From the NCBI GenBank assembly GCA_951406725.2, contig OX597816.1, positions 155,434,001-155,498,000 on the forward strand: DNA of 64,000 bases, read 5' to 3'. The DNA is from Octopus vulgaris. Its lineage: Eukaryota. This document shows positions 13,185 through 29,049 of this stretch, in pieces (positions within the stretch are counted from its first letter, which is position 1; each line of letters begins with the position of its first letter). The position numbers and the translations under genes are program-made. The notes under the pieces are model-generated. The model was not told the DNA's origin, did not search any database, and saw only the letters and a list, made by a program, of their open reading frames with translations.

Positions 13185-13331
13185 AGGCACAATGCTCTAA
13201 ATTTGGTGGGGAGGGGTCCAGTCGATTAGATCGACCCCAGTACGCAACTGGTACTTAATTTATCGACCCCGAAAGAATGAAAGGTAAAGTTGACATCAGT
13301 GAAACTCAGAACGTAAAGACAGACGGAATAC
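13185..13331 (-). mobile_element. MetaSINE-like SINE fragment
   Basis: Core GGTACTTAATTTATCGACCCCGAAAG. Confidence 0.75.
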
Positions 13332-14214
13332 AGCTTGTGACTAAGTGACTGGAATGGATTTCATGAGGAAATCCCTCATGAAATAACCATCGTGGCGTAT
13401 CACGATGATGGTTTCTATGCTTCGACTGTTGACATTTTTTACGACAGCATTGTTGGGTAATCCTCTCATCTGGTGCTTAAGATTGTGCAATTTTATTGAT
13501 AAAAAATGCTCTGGTTATTGAAGTAAAAAAATGTGTCCAAGTTTCAGAAAGGCATAATTTTGAGCTGGCGATAGTTTGATAAACTGATTTTGTTTTGAGT
13601 TAGATGCTTATTCATAAAATTGATGTGTGTGTGTGTGTGTGTGTGTGCGTGTGTGTGCGTGTGCATGTGTGTGTGTGGGGGGCATGAATTAATGGTTAGA
13701 ATGTTCGGTACATTTGATAAGGTAGTGTGATTTCAATTCCTGGACGGACCAGGTTTATATGTGTGTTGTGTGGGCGTTGTATTTATAGTACAACATATCA
13801 GTACAGACGTTTTTATGTACAAGTCCGGAAGGAAGAGCGGTGTTCATGAGCTCTTAGTGAGCCTTTGAGATTTGTGGGAAAGAGGGAGGGAAGAAAGCGT
13901 TCTCAACTCGGAGGTTTTGTCCGTCTGTTTGCAACAGAGGAAACCCCACTAAAGGCACCCAACATCAGGGCACTAGCCGTCGTTGTTGTTGTTTCAGCCC
14001 AAGCCAACTTTGATCGAACCAGCGTATGATTAAACGCATTGCAGCAAGGAACATCTTTTCTAGGTAGTGAAACCAAGACTACATATTCAGCGTATCTTTT
14101 GCCTTATTTTTTAAAAGTAATAGGGTGTGATTTGAGGGTGGTTTGACTGCTATTTCAAGCATGTAGATGGACTGCATAAAGGCCCTCTTGATGGCGAACA
14201 TGTATTAATAATAG

Positions 14215-14375
14215 TTGCAAATTTTGTCGCAAGGTCAGCAATTATGGCAGTGCGGATGAGTCGATTACATCGATTTGCACTTATCTTATCGACCCCGAAC
14301 GGATGAAAGGTAAGGTCAACCTCGGCGGAATTTGAACTTAAAACGTAAAGACGGACGAAATGCCGCTAATCATTT
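14215..14375 (-). mobile_element. MetaSINE-like SINE fragment
   Basis: Core ATCGACCCCGAACGGATGAAAGG..CCTCGGCGGAATTTGAAC. Confidence 0.7.
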
Positions 14376-15046
14376 TGTCCCCCACTTTATGATCATGTAT
14401 TAGTAATGGTTAGTATGGTGTCCACATATTGTGTATTTGTTGTTTGTATACTGTTGTCGTTTAACTCCAGGTCGATCGTTAACGAACAGATCAATGACCA
14501 TAAATATTTCAGTTGTAACCACCCAGTCTTTTTCTTATTTTCAGGAAACTCTGGGTTATATTGCTTGACGTGGTCTTTTTGTAGAATCATTTCTAATTAA
14601 TTTTGTAATGCTCTATGCGTCGACTGTTTTGATATTAAGTTTGTTTTTAACTAATGTCCATAGATCATTGCTTAACATCAAAGTTTACAGAAATGCACTT
14701 ATTTCCTCTCCTCTTCATATGATATCCATAAAAATTATCCATGAATTCTCTCTACATTTACGTATTAAGCTGTCGATATATGATGCAGATATAGTTTTAT
14801 ATTCTTTTATGTAACACATAGCTACGGCCGTATGACTGAGAGAAAATTAGCTACTGTCTTTGGCATGTTTATCTCCCATGTAAATTTTTCCCTGATTGAC
14901 TCATGCATGGAATTACAAAACAATAGGATATGATTTGATGAAGATTTAGCTACTATTACTAAGAAGTCAAGCGGCTGCTTAGAGGCTTCCTAGTTGGTTC
15001 GTTGAGCATGTATGCGTGTGAGTGTGTGTATGTTCGTGTGTGGATT

Positions 15047-15203
15047 ACTAGCGTAGCTAGAGTGTTTGCCGCCCGGGGCGACGCTTCAGTTTGCACCACC
15101 ACCCCCACCGGCCCCAACAAAACTACATACTGCCGACAGCATACCCAAAAGTAGTGTCACTTCCATAAAAGTGCTGCCCGGGGACCGCCTCTAGCTATGC
15201 TAA
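15047..15203. mobile_element. Small MITE
   Basis: Terminal inverted repeat TAGCGTAGCTAGAG / CTCTAGCTATGCTA around a GC-rich interior. Confidence 0.55.
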
Positions 15204-16367
15204 TGGTGTTGAGTGTTGTTGTAAGTATTTTGTTGAGTGCTGCGTATGTACTCTTGTATTTGCTTTGTGTAAGCAGTTGTCGTTATGTGTTTGTGTTAGT
15301 CGTGTATGTGTGTGTTTGGGTTGTGCGATCGTTGTGCTTTTTTCTTCTTTTTTATGCCATCTATATTTGTGACTAACCGACAATAAAAGCGTAGGAGACT
15401 GAGAAAACGAAATTATCTATTTCAATCCGAGAAATCGATATTTATCAATGAAATTGCAACTCGATATATTATAGAAATGTAATCAATAACAGCATTCAGA
15501 AAAACAATGGTATCGATATTGTTTAGTCTGATGCCCTTTTCAACATTTACAGTGATCGAATTCTTTGTGCTTGTCTGTAGTTAGTATGTGCATTAATAAT
15601 CCTCCTTACTGTATGTAAAGGCCAACTGGCAGTAAATCGCTTCAAAACAAAATAGCGGCGAGTGCTTTCTGGGGTCAAAAATCTCAAGATAAACCTAGTT
15701 TTACTTTAAACGATATCCGTTGATTTCTACTTTATCGCTAACGAGCAAAACACCCCCACGTCCAATGGACAGTGCTGAGTTGTCAAACATTTAAACCAAA
15801 TTTTCTCAAAACAACTTGTCTGACCGTTCCATAGGCCTCTCCTTTGAGAAACATTGATTTAACCTAAATTTGAGACACCAGCAAAAGAAGAAATAAAGAT
15901 AGACTTTGTTTCTATTCCAAAGAAAAACGATTTTATTCACACAAATATGCAACCGAAGAGTTTAAAGTACCAGTAATGATAAGGCTGTTGATTGGGAGAA
16001 CACAAACATGGTTTAAACAGCAAGCTTGGCAGGAAAGAAACGTGCCTTTAAGCAGTACAAATCAACAAAAAATGGAAGGTGCAGTTATGTACAGGTTGAC
16101 TGAAGACAAGCAGGACAAAAACGGTTTTATCGATCGCATTCTCACTTGGAATCGATCTTAGTAATTGTTTTCAAGACTTATACACGCCCTGATACCGTCG
16201 GTATCTACATATCAAATTTGAGCGCAATCGGATGGAGGATGCCCGAGATCCGAGAAGACACACACACAAACAGACAGAACGGATTTTATATAAGAGATGT
16301 ACTCAGTTTTATCCGCGTGCATGCGCTGTACAATAGGAAGAAATTTCAGAAGAAACATGTCTTCCAG

Positions 16368-16406
<39 letters not shown>

Positions 16407-16939
16407 GAAACTCCATACCGTTTCCATCTATCTAATGACACCGCGTCACAATCAGCGTCGACCTTTGGATTTGATAGAAGATACATGCTCATACTGTCGC
16501 TCAGTAAGATAGAGGTTGAAAACAGGTAGTTGCGAATCCGAACTTCTTGACCATGTAACCATGCCTTCGTCGATAATTCATTCCTGTTTTGCAACCAATA
16601 TCCTTCGGCGTCAAAATACTTCATTTTCTTGCAAAAGACACTTGTATTACCTGTCTTATAAGAAAACAATAATTCGAGAAAATTATTCACATAATCTTAC
16701 AATCATCTATTTTATTTCTTGCTTCTGTAGTTTATACGAACCAGACCGACCACGGACCGTGTAATCTTTCCAAGAAATATCTATTCAAGCGTTAAGAACT
16801 AATTTTAAATCACTAGACCAAATTATTGATCATGCCGACACTGTGGATTTTTATTTCGTTTATAGTTCTTGTGAAATACCCGAATACCAGAAATAAATCT
16901 TATTTTGTGGATTTTTCAGGTCGGAATTCTTCAAATTCA

Positions 16940-17063
16940 GGCTGCGTGGTAAGAAGTTTACTTCTCAACCACATGGTTCCAGGTTCAGTCACACTGCGTG
17001 GCACCTTAGGCAAGTGTCTTCTAGAACCACATGTTTAGGAAGCAACCTTCTTACCACACAGCC
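16940..17063. mobile_element. Fold-back of two inverted SINE family 2 heads
   Basis: GGCTGCGTGGTAAGAAG...CTTCTTACCACACAGCC. Confidence 0.65.
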
Positions 17064-17103
17064 GTTCCAGAAGAGTTTCTTTTTTTTATTATTTAATACA
17101 TAT

Positions 17104-17143
17104 CACTACGATCGTTTCCACGTATATGAGGCATTATTGAGTG
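17104..17143 (-). ncRNA. Degenerate hammerhead-like motif
   Basis: CAC-UCAAUAA-...-GAAA-CGAUCG-UA-GUG: palindromic stem III and 3-bp stem I, with a decayed 5' core. Confidence 0.3.
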
Positions 17144-18149
17144 GAAAGTATGATTTAAGGTAATATTTTCGTATATTAATGTCGGTTGATGAATGGACAC
17201 ATGCGATTACCTTAGTTCGTACAATCCCTTAAATCAGATATAATATTATAATAATGACTCCAATAAAAATTGATATAAAATATATATTATTATGAAGATA
17301 CACATTAGAAATTAACGACTGTATGAGTATATGTAAAGTCTATACATTTTCATGTATACTTATATGTGTATACGTATGTCTATGTATATGTGTGGCATTC
17401 GCGTTCATATATCTACAGTGAAGTGTGCTGTGCAAACATATTTACAATTGCATCTTGTGTCTGGCTATCTGTGTATATAAATGTATTTGCACATCCAGGT
17501 ACTCGTATGTTTTTCTATTATTTATATTAGTGTGCATATGTGCGATTCTCTCAGAAGATATACAAGTATGCTTATACTGTACACGTGTATTTGCGCTTCT
17601 GAGAGCGTATACGTGAGCATATGTTGTGCACATGTATTTATGCTTATATGTGCGTATATATGTATGTATATGTGTACACACGTGTGTATACTCTTATGCA
17701 AAATTAATATTGAAAAATTTCTCAGGATAAAAATATTTCTATAAGTATTGATAAATCAGGGTATTGGTATATTAATTATTTCTCTCATACGTAAATCTAA
17801 CTGGTGCCCTAAAACTATTCGAACCGCACATGTGTGCTGTAAGATGTACATTTTCCCTTGTATATGCATAAGTTTGTACCCATTTATATGGCTATTTCTC
17901 CGAATCAATTCGTTTGTATTTACTTAAACGTCAGAATGCATACATATATTTCATATAAAATATATATATTTGAATACGAATAATGAAAGTCCTACACAAA
18001 TCTGCAACTCATGTGTAAGCACAAGATATTAAACATTACATTGGGTTGGTTAAAAAAATCCATTCGGTTTGTGTCGACACTAAACTTCCAGCACTCTAAC
18101 AAGCCTGCTGTCAGAGTCCCACAGCGTCTCTTTCCGCATATTATAAGCT

Positions 18150-21100
18150 TTGATACTTGGTTATTAATTATCGTGGGAGACATTCAACATCCAAGTACCA
18201 ATCTCAAAATTTTAGCTGTCCCCTGCAGAGCAATTTTAGGAGCTTGTTCTGCTCTCATGTCAATTCTGATTTCTCTGACATATTTCCCGAAATTGGCTGT
18301 TAGAGCGCCGTGCCCGTACAACTACTAGAATGACATACACTCTCCTCATAGTCCACATTCTTGCAATTTCGTCTTTTAGTAGCCTAGTTCTTTGTCAGTT
18401 ATGTATGCATCTCCAGTTATTGCAATATCTATTAACTTTGTTTCTTTTTTTCCTTTATCTACCACAACAATATCTAGTCTCCGAACCTCGTTTAGAGGGT
18501 TACATTGGATTGTAAAATCACACAGTATCCTATTTTCTTTATTCTAGGTGACTCCTTCTGGTTCATGTTCATACCATTTCCGTGCTCTGTTCAGTTCATG
18601 CTTTTCACATAGCCTTCAGTGGACGAACTTAGCCACGTTATCGTGCCTCCTTTTGTAGTGCTTTTGGGCCAGTTTGCAACATTCACTCACACTATATGTG
18701 ATTGTTTCGTTTCTGCTGCCACACATTCTATAAAGGGGCGATTTGCTACTCTTATCTATTTGGAACTTGGTATAATTAATTCTCAGAGCGTGTTCCTTGG
18801 CGCTGCATATCAATACCTCAGTGCATCCTTTCAGATAACTTTTTCTTAGCCATCTCCAAGTGACGATATTGTATTTTCCTTCGATTTCTCTGAGGTATTG
18901 TCCATGCAGTAGTTTCATTTTCCAGTTGTGTACTCTTTCTTCCTCATCTTGTTTCTTAAATGTTTGTAGGCTCATCACATTTTCGGTAGGTATTATATTG
19001 TTTATTCAAACAGCGGCAAGCAAGGATTCACTCTACTGTTTCATGTACCATCCCAAATTGTTCTTCTCGTTAACAACTAAGATCTTAAATTCCATGAGAC
19101 CTCTTCCTCCTTTGTTTCTAGGCATATACAATCTGTAAGAATCGTTTTGGGAGTGTAGTCCCTTGTTAATTGCCATCAGTTTTCTAGTTTTCCTGTTAAT
19201 TTCCTTAAATTCGTTCTTTGTCCACCTAACAACATCTGCGCTGTATCGCATTAAGGAATCAGCCCATGTGTTCATTGCTTTGATTTTGTTTTTCCATTGA
19301 GTCTACTACCCATAATTAACTTGGTTCTTCTGAGATATTCTCGTCTAAAACTTTCTTTCATTTCACTTTCCTTGATTTTGTCATATTCTAAAATCCCCAG
19401 ATATTCATACCCATTAGTCTCCATATCCTTGATTTTCTCACTTTTGGATAGTTCTACATCATCTGACAAAACTTCTTTGCTTCTTTATATAATAAACATA
19501 CCTCACATTCTTGTCCCAAATTCTATTCCGATATCCTTAATGATTATCTGCACTGTTGAAATGAGGTTATTTACGAGGGGCGTTCAATAAGTAATGCCCC
19601 TGACCCACTTCCCATAGCAGTAGAGCAACGACACTTGGCACAGTTATTAGTCTTTTCCTACATAGGAACTACCCAGAGTTATGCATTTCTCCCATCGTTT
19701 GATGCAGCTCTGGAGACCGTTTTTGTAGAAGACCCCAGCTTGGTCCTCCAACCACGACGTGACTTCAGAAATCAAGGCTGCATCATCTGGGAAACGCTTT
19801 CCTTTCAAAATCAACTTCATGGCTGGGAAGAGGTGAAAATCAGAGGGTGCAAGGGGAGGAGTTCATAGCCTGTGCTTCTGATCTGGCGACACGCGAGTTG
19901 TGGACCGGAGCGTTGTCCTGCAGGAGGAGGATGCCTTTGCTGATCTTGCCCCGCCTCTTGATTTTGATAGCTTCTCTTAATTTCCTCAAAAGTGAAGCAT
20001 AATAGGCTCCTGTAATTGTGGTACCCTTTGCCAGGAAATCTGTCATCACTACTCCGTCCTGGTCCCAGAAGACTGTGAGCATAACCTTGTCAGCGGAGGG
20101 CTGCACCCTTGCCTTCTTTGGAGGAGGTGAGTCACGGTGCTTTCACTGCATTGACTGGGCTTTGGTCTATGGATCATAGTGATGGACCCAGGTTTTATCC
20201 TGTGTGATCAGTCTTTTGAAAAATTTTGACTCATCTTCTTGGCACATCTCCAAATTCATCCTCGAGCACTCAACGCGTTCTTGCTTCTGGAAAGGTGTGA
20301 GCAACCTGGAAATCCATCTGGCAGACACCTTTTGCATATGCAATTGGTCATGAATGATAGTTTCCACAGACCCAGTACTAATCTTGACCTTATGGGCTAT
20401 TTGGCGAATAGTTATGCGTTGACCTTCCAAAATGGCAGCCTCAACTTGACGGACAGACGTCTCATCAACGGCAGAAGGGGGCGACCAGATCTGGGAGCTG
20501 TTTCCACAGAGTTCCGACCATGTTTGAATTCACAATGCCAGCGTTTTACAAGGTCATATGATGGGGCATCATCACCATAAGTTACTTTCATTTCATCAAA
20601 AGTCTCCCATGGTGTACGTCCTTTCAAATACAAAAACCAGATCACTGCTCGACACTCAACAGGCTCCATTTCACACTTGACTCAGTTCAAACACCTGTAA
20701 ATCAGAAACCACAACTAGTTCAGAGCTGTAATTCGCCACTTAATCTATAGAGGTATAAATAAGTGCACATGCACTTATTTATAATCAATTTCAGCTAGAT
20801 CAAACAACTGCAAGTGGGTCAGGGGCATTACTTATTGAACCCTCCTCGTATTTCACGTTCGGTCTTTCCAAAGATCTTTATGTCATCCATATGTAACAGA
20901 TGATTCATCTCCATGTCACTTTCCATAGTATTTGTGTGGGGAGTATCATACAAATCACAAACACCAATGGTGAAAGGCTATTTCCTCGTAATATGTCTCT
21001 CTTGATGTTAAGCTTCGCCAAAAACTTTTCACATGAAGTTAACTCTGTATTCCAGTTTTTCATTGATCCCCTAATAAAATTTGATGCTATCAGACATCTG

Positions 21101-21153
21101 TACCATCTCAAGACTTTCTAAAATCCAGGAATGGGGGACCATGTCATACGTTT
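18150..21153 (-). mobile_element. Dong/R4-clade LINE relic interrupted by a mariner
   Basis: YDMVPHSW, GNSLSPLVFV, NHLLHMDDIKIF (RT), YEYLGI, GGRGL, LHGQYLRE and RMCGSRNETI...YKRRHDNV. Confidence 0.85.
19574..20848 (-). mobile_element. Full-length mariner (DD34D type, irritans/Hsmar2-like), frameshifted
   Basis: 37-bp TIRs CGAGG(G/A)G(C/G)GTTCAATAAGTAATGCCCCTGACCCACTT with TA TSD. Peptides ITQDKTWVHHYDP, KVMLTVFWD and LLQDNAPVH. Confidence 0.95.
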
Positions 21154-21273
21154 TCTTCTTCTTCTTCTTCTTCTTCTCCTCCTCCTCCCCCTCCCCCTCC
21201 TCCTTCTTCTTCTTCTTCTTCTTCTTCTTCTTCTTCTTCTTCTTCTTCTTCTTCTTCTTCTTCTTCTTCTTCT
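21154..21273. repeat. (TTC)n/(TCC)n polypyrimidine tract
   Basis: 120-bp pure pyrimidine strand. Confidence 0.95.
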
Positions 21274-22945
21274 TGGTAGCAATCAGCCCCTTTTGTTATC
21301 ATTCCTAGGGCACCTATGACAACAGGTATTGTTTTAGTCTTGAGGTTCCACATTTTACCGATTTCTATTTCAAGATCCTTATACTTGCTCAGGTTTTGGT
21401 AGGTCTTGGTAGATACATTTATATCGATTGGGACAGTCATATCAATGACGAGGCATGACTTTTGTCTGAAGTCTTTCAATATAATGTCTGGCCTATTCGC
21501 ATCTATCTTTCCGTCAGTTTGAATGGTGAAGTTCCAGAATAGTGAGATGTGGTCATTTTCAAGCACTAGAGGTGGTTTGTGTTCCCACCAGTTTTTTCAT
21601 GGGGCAGGTCCAGGTTTTTGCAAATTACCCAGTGACACTAATGTGCTGTTCTATCATGTCTGTTGAGATACTCTGTAGGCGCAAGAAGACTGCACATTGA
21701 GACAACATTATCAATGGTTTCATTTTGTTGTTGACATACACTACATGATGGGCTATTGCCGTTATTTAACATGTTGGCCTGGTAGTTTCTTGTAGGTAGG
21801 CATTGATCTTGGGCTGCTATGATAACCCCTTCTGTTTCTGATTTTAAGCCAGAAGACATTAACCATTGATGGGTAAGGGCTTTATAAACATCGGCACTAT
21901 TAGCTCTCTTTGGGTATTTGCCATTGAGAATATCTAAGGCAGCAGTTTTTACGGGTTTTCATACGCTTAACTTTTTCTGTGCTTGTTTCCAGTGCGTCTA
22001 ATTCTGGAATTTGTTGTATTTGAAATTCACTTAGATATTTCTTTGCCTGTTTCGTTACTGAGTGTGATGCTTTCTTGTTTTCATGCTTTGAGATAAGTTT
22101 TAACATCCAGTCATCAGAGTTTTTCATGTAGGTATCTAGGCCAATTGTGGCAATCTTCATTGTTAATTCCAGTTGTAAAAGACCACAGACACTCGCATTT
22201 CTTGACAGGTAAAGTCGTTCTATATCTGTCTTAGGGTGGTGCATTCTATGCAGTGTCAACAATTTCTGTATCTTTCTGTCAAGATTACATATTTCAGTAA
22301 TTGTCCAGTTAATGATACTGAAACTAGAATGGCTAAAGTATTGATCGCTCCTATCCTGTTTCTTGCATTCAGCTCTGTCTTGAGTATTGCCTTTACCCCG
22401 CGATAACATTCGCTCTTGATCCTTTCCCTCATCACTGAATGCCTTATTCCGTCCCCTTCAAATACCCCTAGGTATTTGTAGCTCTCCGCTGGTTCTAACT
22501 CCTTTATGATCTGCTGCAACATTGCTTGTTTCTGTCATTTTTCCTTTGATAAAGGTAGCTTTTGCACATTTATCGAGGCCAAATTACATCCTGATGTCAT
22601 CACTGAATTGCTAGTAAGCTTGTAGTTGTTGATCACGTTTTGCAAAGAGCTTTAAATCTTCTATGAAATGAGATTCTTTATATTTTTATTAAACATTTTA
22701 TAGCCGTATTGTATATTATCGAACAATTTCGAGAGAGGTATTAAGGCTAGACAAAAGAGGAGTGGTGACACAGAGTTACCCTGGAAAATGCCTCGTGAAA
22801 TTCTTACATCTCCAGCATTTAGAGATTCATTGTCACTGTTCAAAGTTAGTGTGGTTCTCCATGATCTCATACTTACAGACAAGAAGTTTCGCAGGGTAGG
22901 CGCATTTTATATATTTTCAGACATTTCTTAATCCAGCTATGTCGT
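21274..22945 (-). mobile_element. Second Dong/R4-clade LINE relic
   Basis: GIFQGNSVSPLLFCLAL (RT), YKYLG, MHHPKTDIERLYL, AAQDQCLPTRNY, CSVC..ETIDNVVSMC and RPDII..IDMTVP..KYKDL. Confidence 0.85.
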
Positions 22946-23532
22946 AGTTGAAAGCAAAGAAAATAATGATAATAACAAGAGGTTGAATGAAGGGGAGATA
23001 ATAAAGTGCTAGTGATCCCAACAAGAAAAGGTGCGTGTGCGTATGTGTGTGTGTGTGGGGGGATGGTGTATGTGTGAATAGGGGTGAGTGATTCTGACGT
23101 GTGTATGTGTGTGTGTGTTGTATGTAGAAGTTGGTGTGTGCCCATGTGTGTGTGTGACAAAACAGTATGCATGTTTTTGGTGCACATATGTGGGTGAAAC
23201 TTATCTTTGTCTATGTATGTTGCGTGTGTTAATGCGTGTTGCGTATGTATGTATATACAACCTTTACTTGTGTGAGTGTGGGAGTGTAATTGGTGGTGTG
23301 TGATGTTTGTACCGAGTTAAACAGTGTGTGAGTGTGGCTGCTCATATAATGGTATGTGTGGTGACACTATTGAAGATTGTGCGTAGGTGTGTGGTGTGGG
23401 TACTGGGAAGTGGTCAGGGCTAGTGATGTGGGGTTGGTATCAAATGAAAAGAGGTGAGTTGAGCCCATGTGGTACAAAGGAGTACTTGTTCGTTCACCTA
23501 TTTTCGTCTTTTGTTTTGTGTAAATTTGAACT

Positions 23533-23546
23533 ATATATATATGTGT

Positions 23547-23632
<86 letters not shown>

Positions 23633-23846
23633 TATGTATACATATATATGTATACATATATATATATGTATACATATATATGTATACATATATATATATA
23701 TATATATATAGACATATATATATATACATATATGTACATAATATTATACATTATATATATATATATATAAATATATATATATACATATATGTATATATAT
23801 GTATATATATATATATACATATGCATATACATAAATACATACATAC
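23533..23846. repeat. (TA)n/(TACA)n microsatellite
   Basis: Directly visible. Confidence 0.95.
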
Positions 23847-24192
23847 ACTATATTTTGTATTTGGTTTTCAAGATTATGTGAATTCGTGTGTTGAAACAAA
23901 TGTTGTCGTTTCTTGAGAGAGTAATTTCGTCAATATTAATATAACGCGCACCGGTTCTCAGACAAGCAAACACGACCTTCGTAACAAACCGGGAGAGAGG
24001 TTACTGAAGAAGTTACGTATGGCAACAAAAGAACTTTGGCGAACAAAAAGGAAAACAAAAACCATTGACTGTTTAACCAACAGGTTAAACAAGCGACCAA
24101 TTAGTTGGAGAGATATTTAAGCAACCGACTAATAATAAATGAATGCGCGTGGTATTAATAATGACGAAATGACTATTCCTAGAGGCAATAAC

Positions 24193-24276
<84 letters not shown>

Positions 24277-24289
24277 GAATACAGCCTTA

Positions 24290-24484
24290 AGACATTTATT
24301 GGATGGCCGTTGACTCTCAATAGTTCCTCCGACGGGTTTTGTTTTTCATCCCGCAGGGAATCCAATAAACACCCTCCAAACCAAGCAAGCTTAGTGGGGT
24401 TGCAGGTTTAGTCGCCGACGACCCGACCATGCAACAGGTTGTACTGGGTTACATGTTACCAGTAGCACTCGAAAGGGACCTGAC
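24290..24484 (-). mobile_element. Probable 5' fragment of an RTE-type LINE between microsatellites
   Basis: GC-richer island between (TCTA)n and (CATA)n; resembles RTE 5' UTRs (recognition only). Confidence 0.3.
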
Positions 24485-24485
24485 A

Positions 24486-24520
<35 letters not shown>

Positions 24521-24540
24521 GAATATACGTATTATGTATG

Positions 24541-24591
<51 letters not shown>

Positions 24592-24949
24592 GTATTATGT
24601 ATGTATGTATGTATAGATAGATAGATAGACAGACAGACATGGTTATATTTCAACTGGTTTAAATATAGCGCATTCAGCAATATACATATAACCTTCTGCT
24701 GCAACACCCACGTACATACCTCCACCTTTGATACACCAATTTCTATATTAATGTTCTTAATTAACAAGTAAATAATCCTATCAAGACAATGGTCATTTTA
24801 CTCTTAATTGCTCAACATTTTCCATACGTAAATTCATTAATATATTCTTTCATTATATTCAGTTAGATGAAGGTGGCGAGCTGGCAGAAATTTCGGGCTT
24901 TGTGCCTAGAGTAGAGAAGTATATTCAGTTACATGAGAACATATATATA

Positions 24950-25560
24950 TTAAGGTACGTGTCTTTGAAGTTAGAGTATTCTGCTTACGATCTTATGGTC
25001 ATGAGTTCGATTCCCAGCGGCGCCTTGTGTCCTTGAGCAAGACACTTTATTTCACGTTGCTTCAGTCCACTCGGCTCGCAAAAATGATTTGTACTTGTAA
25101 TTCGAAGCGCCAGCACATTCTGTATCGCCCTGAAATCTCTCTGAGAACTACATAAAGGGTAAGCATGTCTGTGGAGTACTCAGACACTTGTACGTTAATT
25201 TCCCGATCGGATCGTCCGCAACCCTCGTCATCATAATCGATGGAGTACCAGTAATATATATCTATTCAGTGAAGTCGCGTGGCCTAGTAGTTAAGCTATT
25301 GAACTCACAATCGCTAAATTATGGGTTCGATTCCCGAACCGTGCAGCGCATTGTGTTCTTGAGCAAAACATTTCCTTTCGCATTGCTCCAGTCCACTCAG
25401 CCGTAAAAGGGTAACCTTGGGGCAGACTTGCCTTCCGATCAGGGAGAATGTCGACCTGCTTGCCTAGCTAGTGGGGCGGCGTCACTCGAAAGTTAAAACA
25501 ATGCGAAACGCATTGTGACCAGCGATGTATAACAACATCCAACACTCTGGTTGATACCGT
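24950..25560 (+). mobile_element. Two adjacent tRNA-derived SINEs (GTGTCCTTGAGCAAGACACTT type)
   Basis: B-box GTTCGATTCC at ~25005 and ~25325, each followed by TGTGT(C/T)CTTGAGCAA(G/A)ACA..TTGCT(T/C)CAGTCCACTC. Confidence 0.7.
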
Positions 25561-26246
25561 GATATATCCTACTCAATTATAGTTGGTCAATAAACATCTA
25601 CTCCCACCAACCTACATTCGTTATTCTCCTTAATCGCTTCCAAATCAACAAACTACATACTCTCACTCCACCATTTCACACCCATACCACAAGCCTACAC
25701 AATCACGCACTCGCCGAACCATACTCATGTTCACAACTCGCCGCCATCACCCTGTACAATCACAAAATCTTTCTGAATAATCACCGATGTTTTCTATTAC
25801 CATTACTCTGTATCTTATAACTGTAACAACACTATAATCTACAAGCTGAAGAAATACAATGTAAACCTGGCAGCCACTGAGAGATATTGATCTTTCTAAC
25901 TCCTCTATTAAATCTTACTCTATAATCTAGGTTGGCTTATCGTTTTTCTCAGAGATATGCATGTAGAGTATTCAAACCTGCTTCATAGATACGCAACATA
26001 ACCATGCACAAACGCATACATACATATCGGCTTATATGTATTTGTGTTTGTGTAGACATAGGTGTATGTACATGTGTGTACGTGTGAGTGTATGTTTATA
26101 GGTGTATGTATGTGCATGTAGTATGTGGGTGTATGTATGTATGTATGTATGTATGTATGTATATACACGTATAGACCTTTAAATAAATAAAATTTATCTC
26201 TCACCAGATGGAGTACTTTCTTCGTTGAAATTTTTATCACAGATCA

Positions 26247-28706
<2,460 letters not shown>

Positions 28707-29049
28707 GAATGTGTGTGTGTGTGAAAATCCCTACATTTTACTATTTACATTCATTTTCGCTTATCAAAGTATAAAAAGCTATTAAATTATGAAAAAAGAA
28801 ATTCCAAAACGATTCATTATAATATCCATACACCATCTCGTTATAGCCTCACTACCTATATTTTATTTATTCATTGAAGTAACATTCCTGATATTTTTTT
28901 CCATATTCTTATAACGTTACTAATTAGATGGTTCTGCTTACTAAGCGAACATTCTCGAAAATTTTCGGGTAACGTTTCCGCAGCAATTTTGTACAATTTG
29001 TTTTCGCAGAATCAAGAATGATTACGTGATTTATAGGGTCATTCCAAAA

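Noticed and set aside
21144-21566. ORF with a poly-Glu/Gly tail
   Set aside because: R4 endonuclease fragment reading into the (GAA)n tract
24400-24484. Possible HDV-like ribozyme in an RTE-like 5' fragment
   Set aside because: A CUAA-ACCUG end is suggestive, but I could not build P1, P3 and P1.1 at the required spacing
25845-25985. CTGAAGA...GTATTCAAAC as a long-stem hammerhead
   Set aside because: GAAA is missing and the stems are too weak to call
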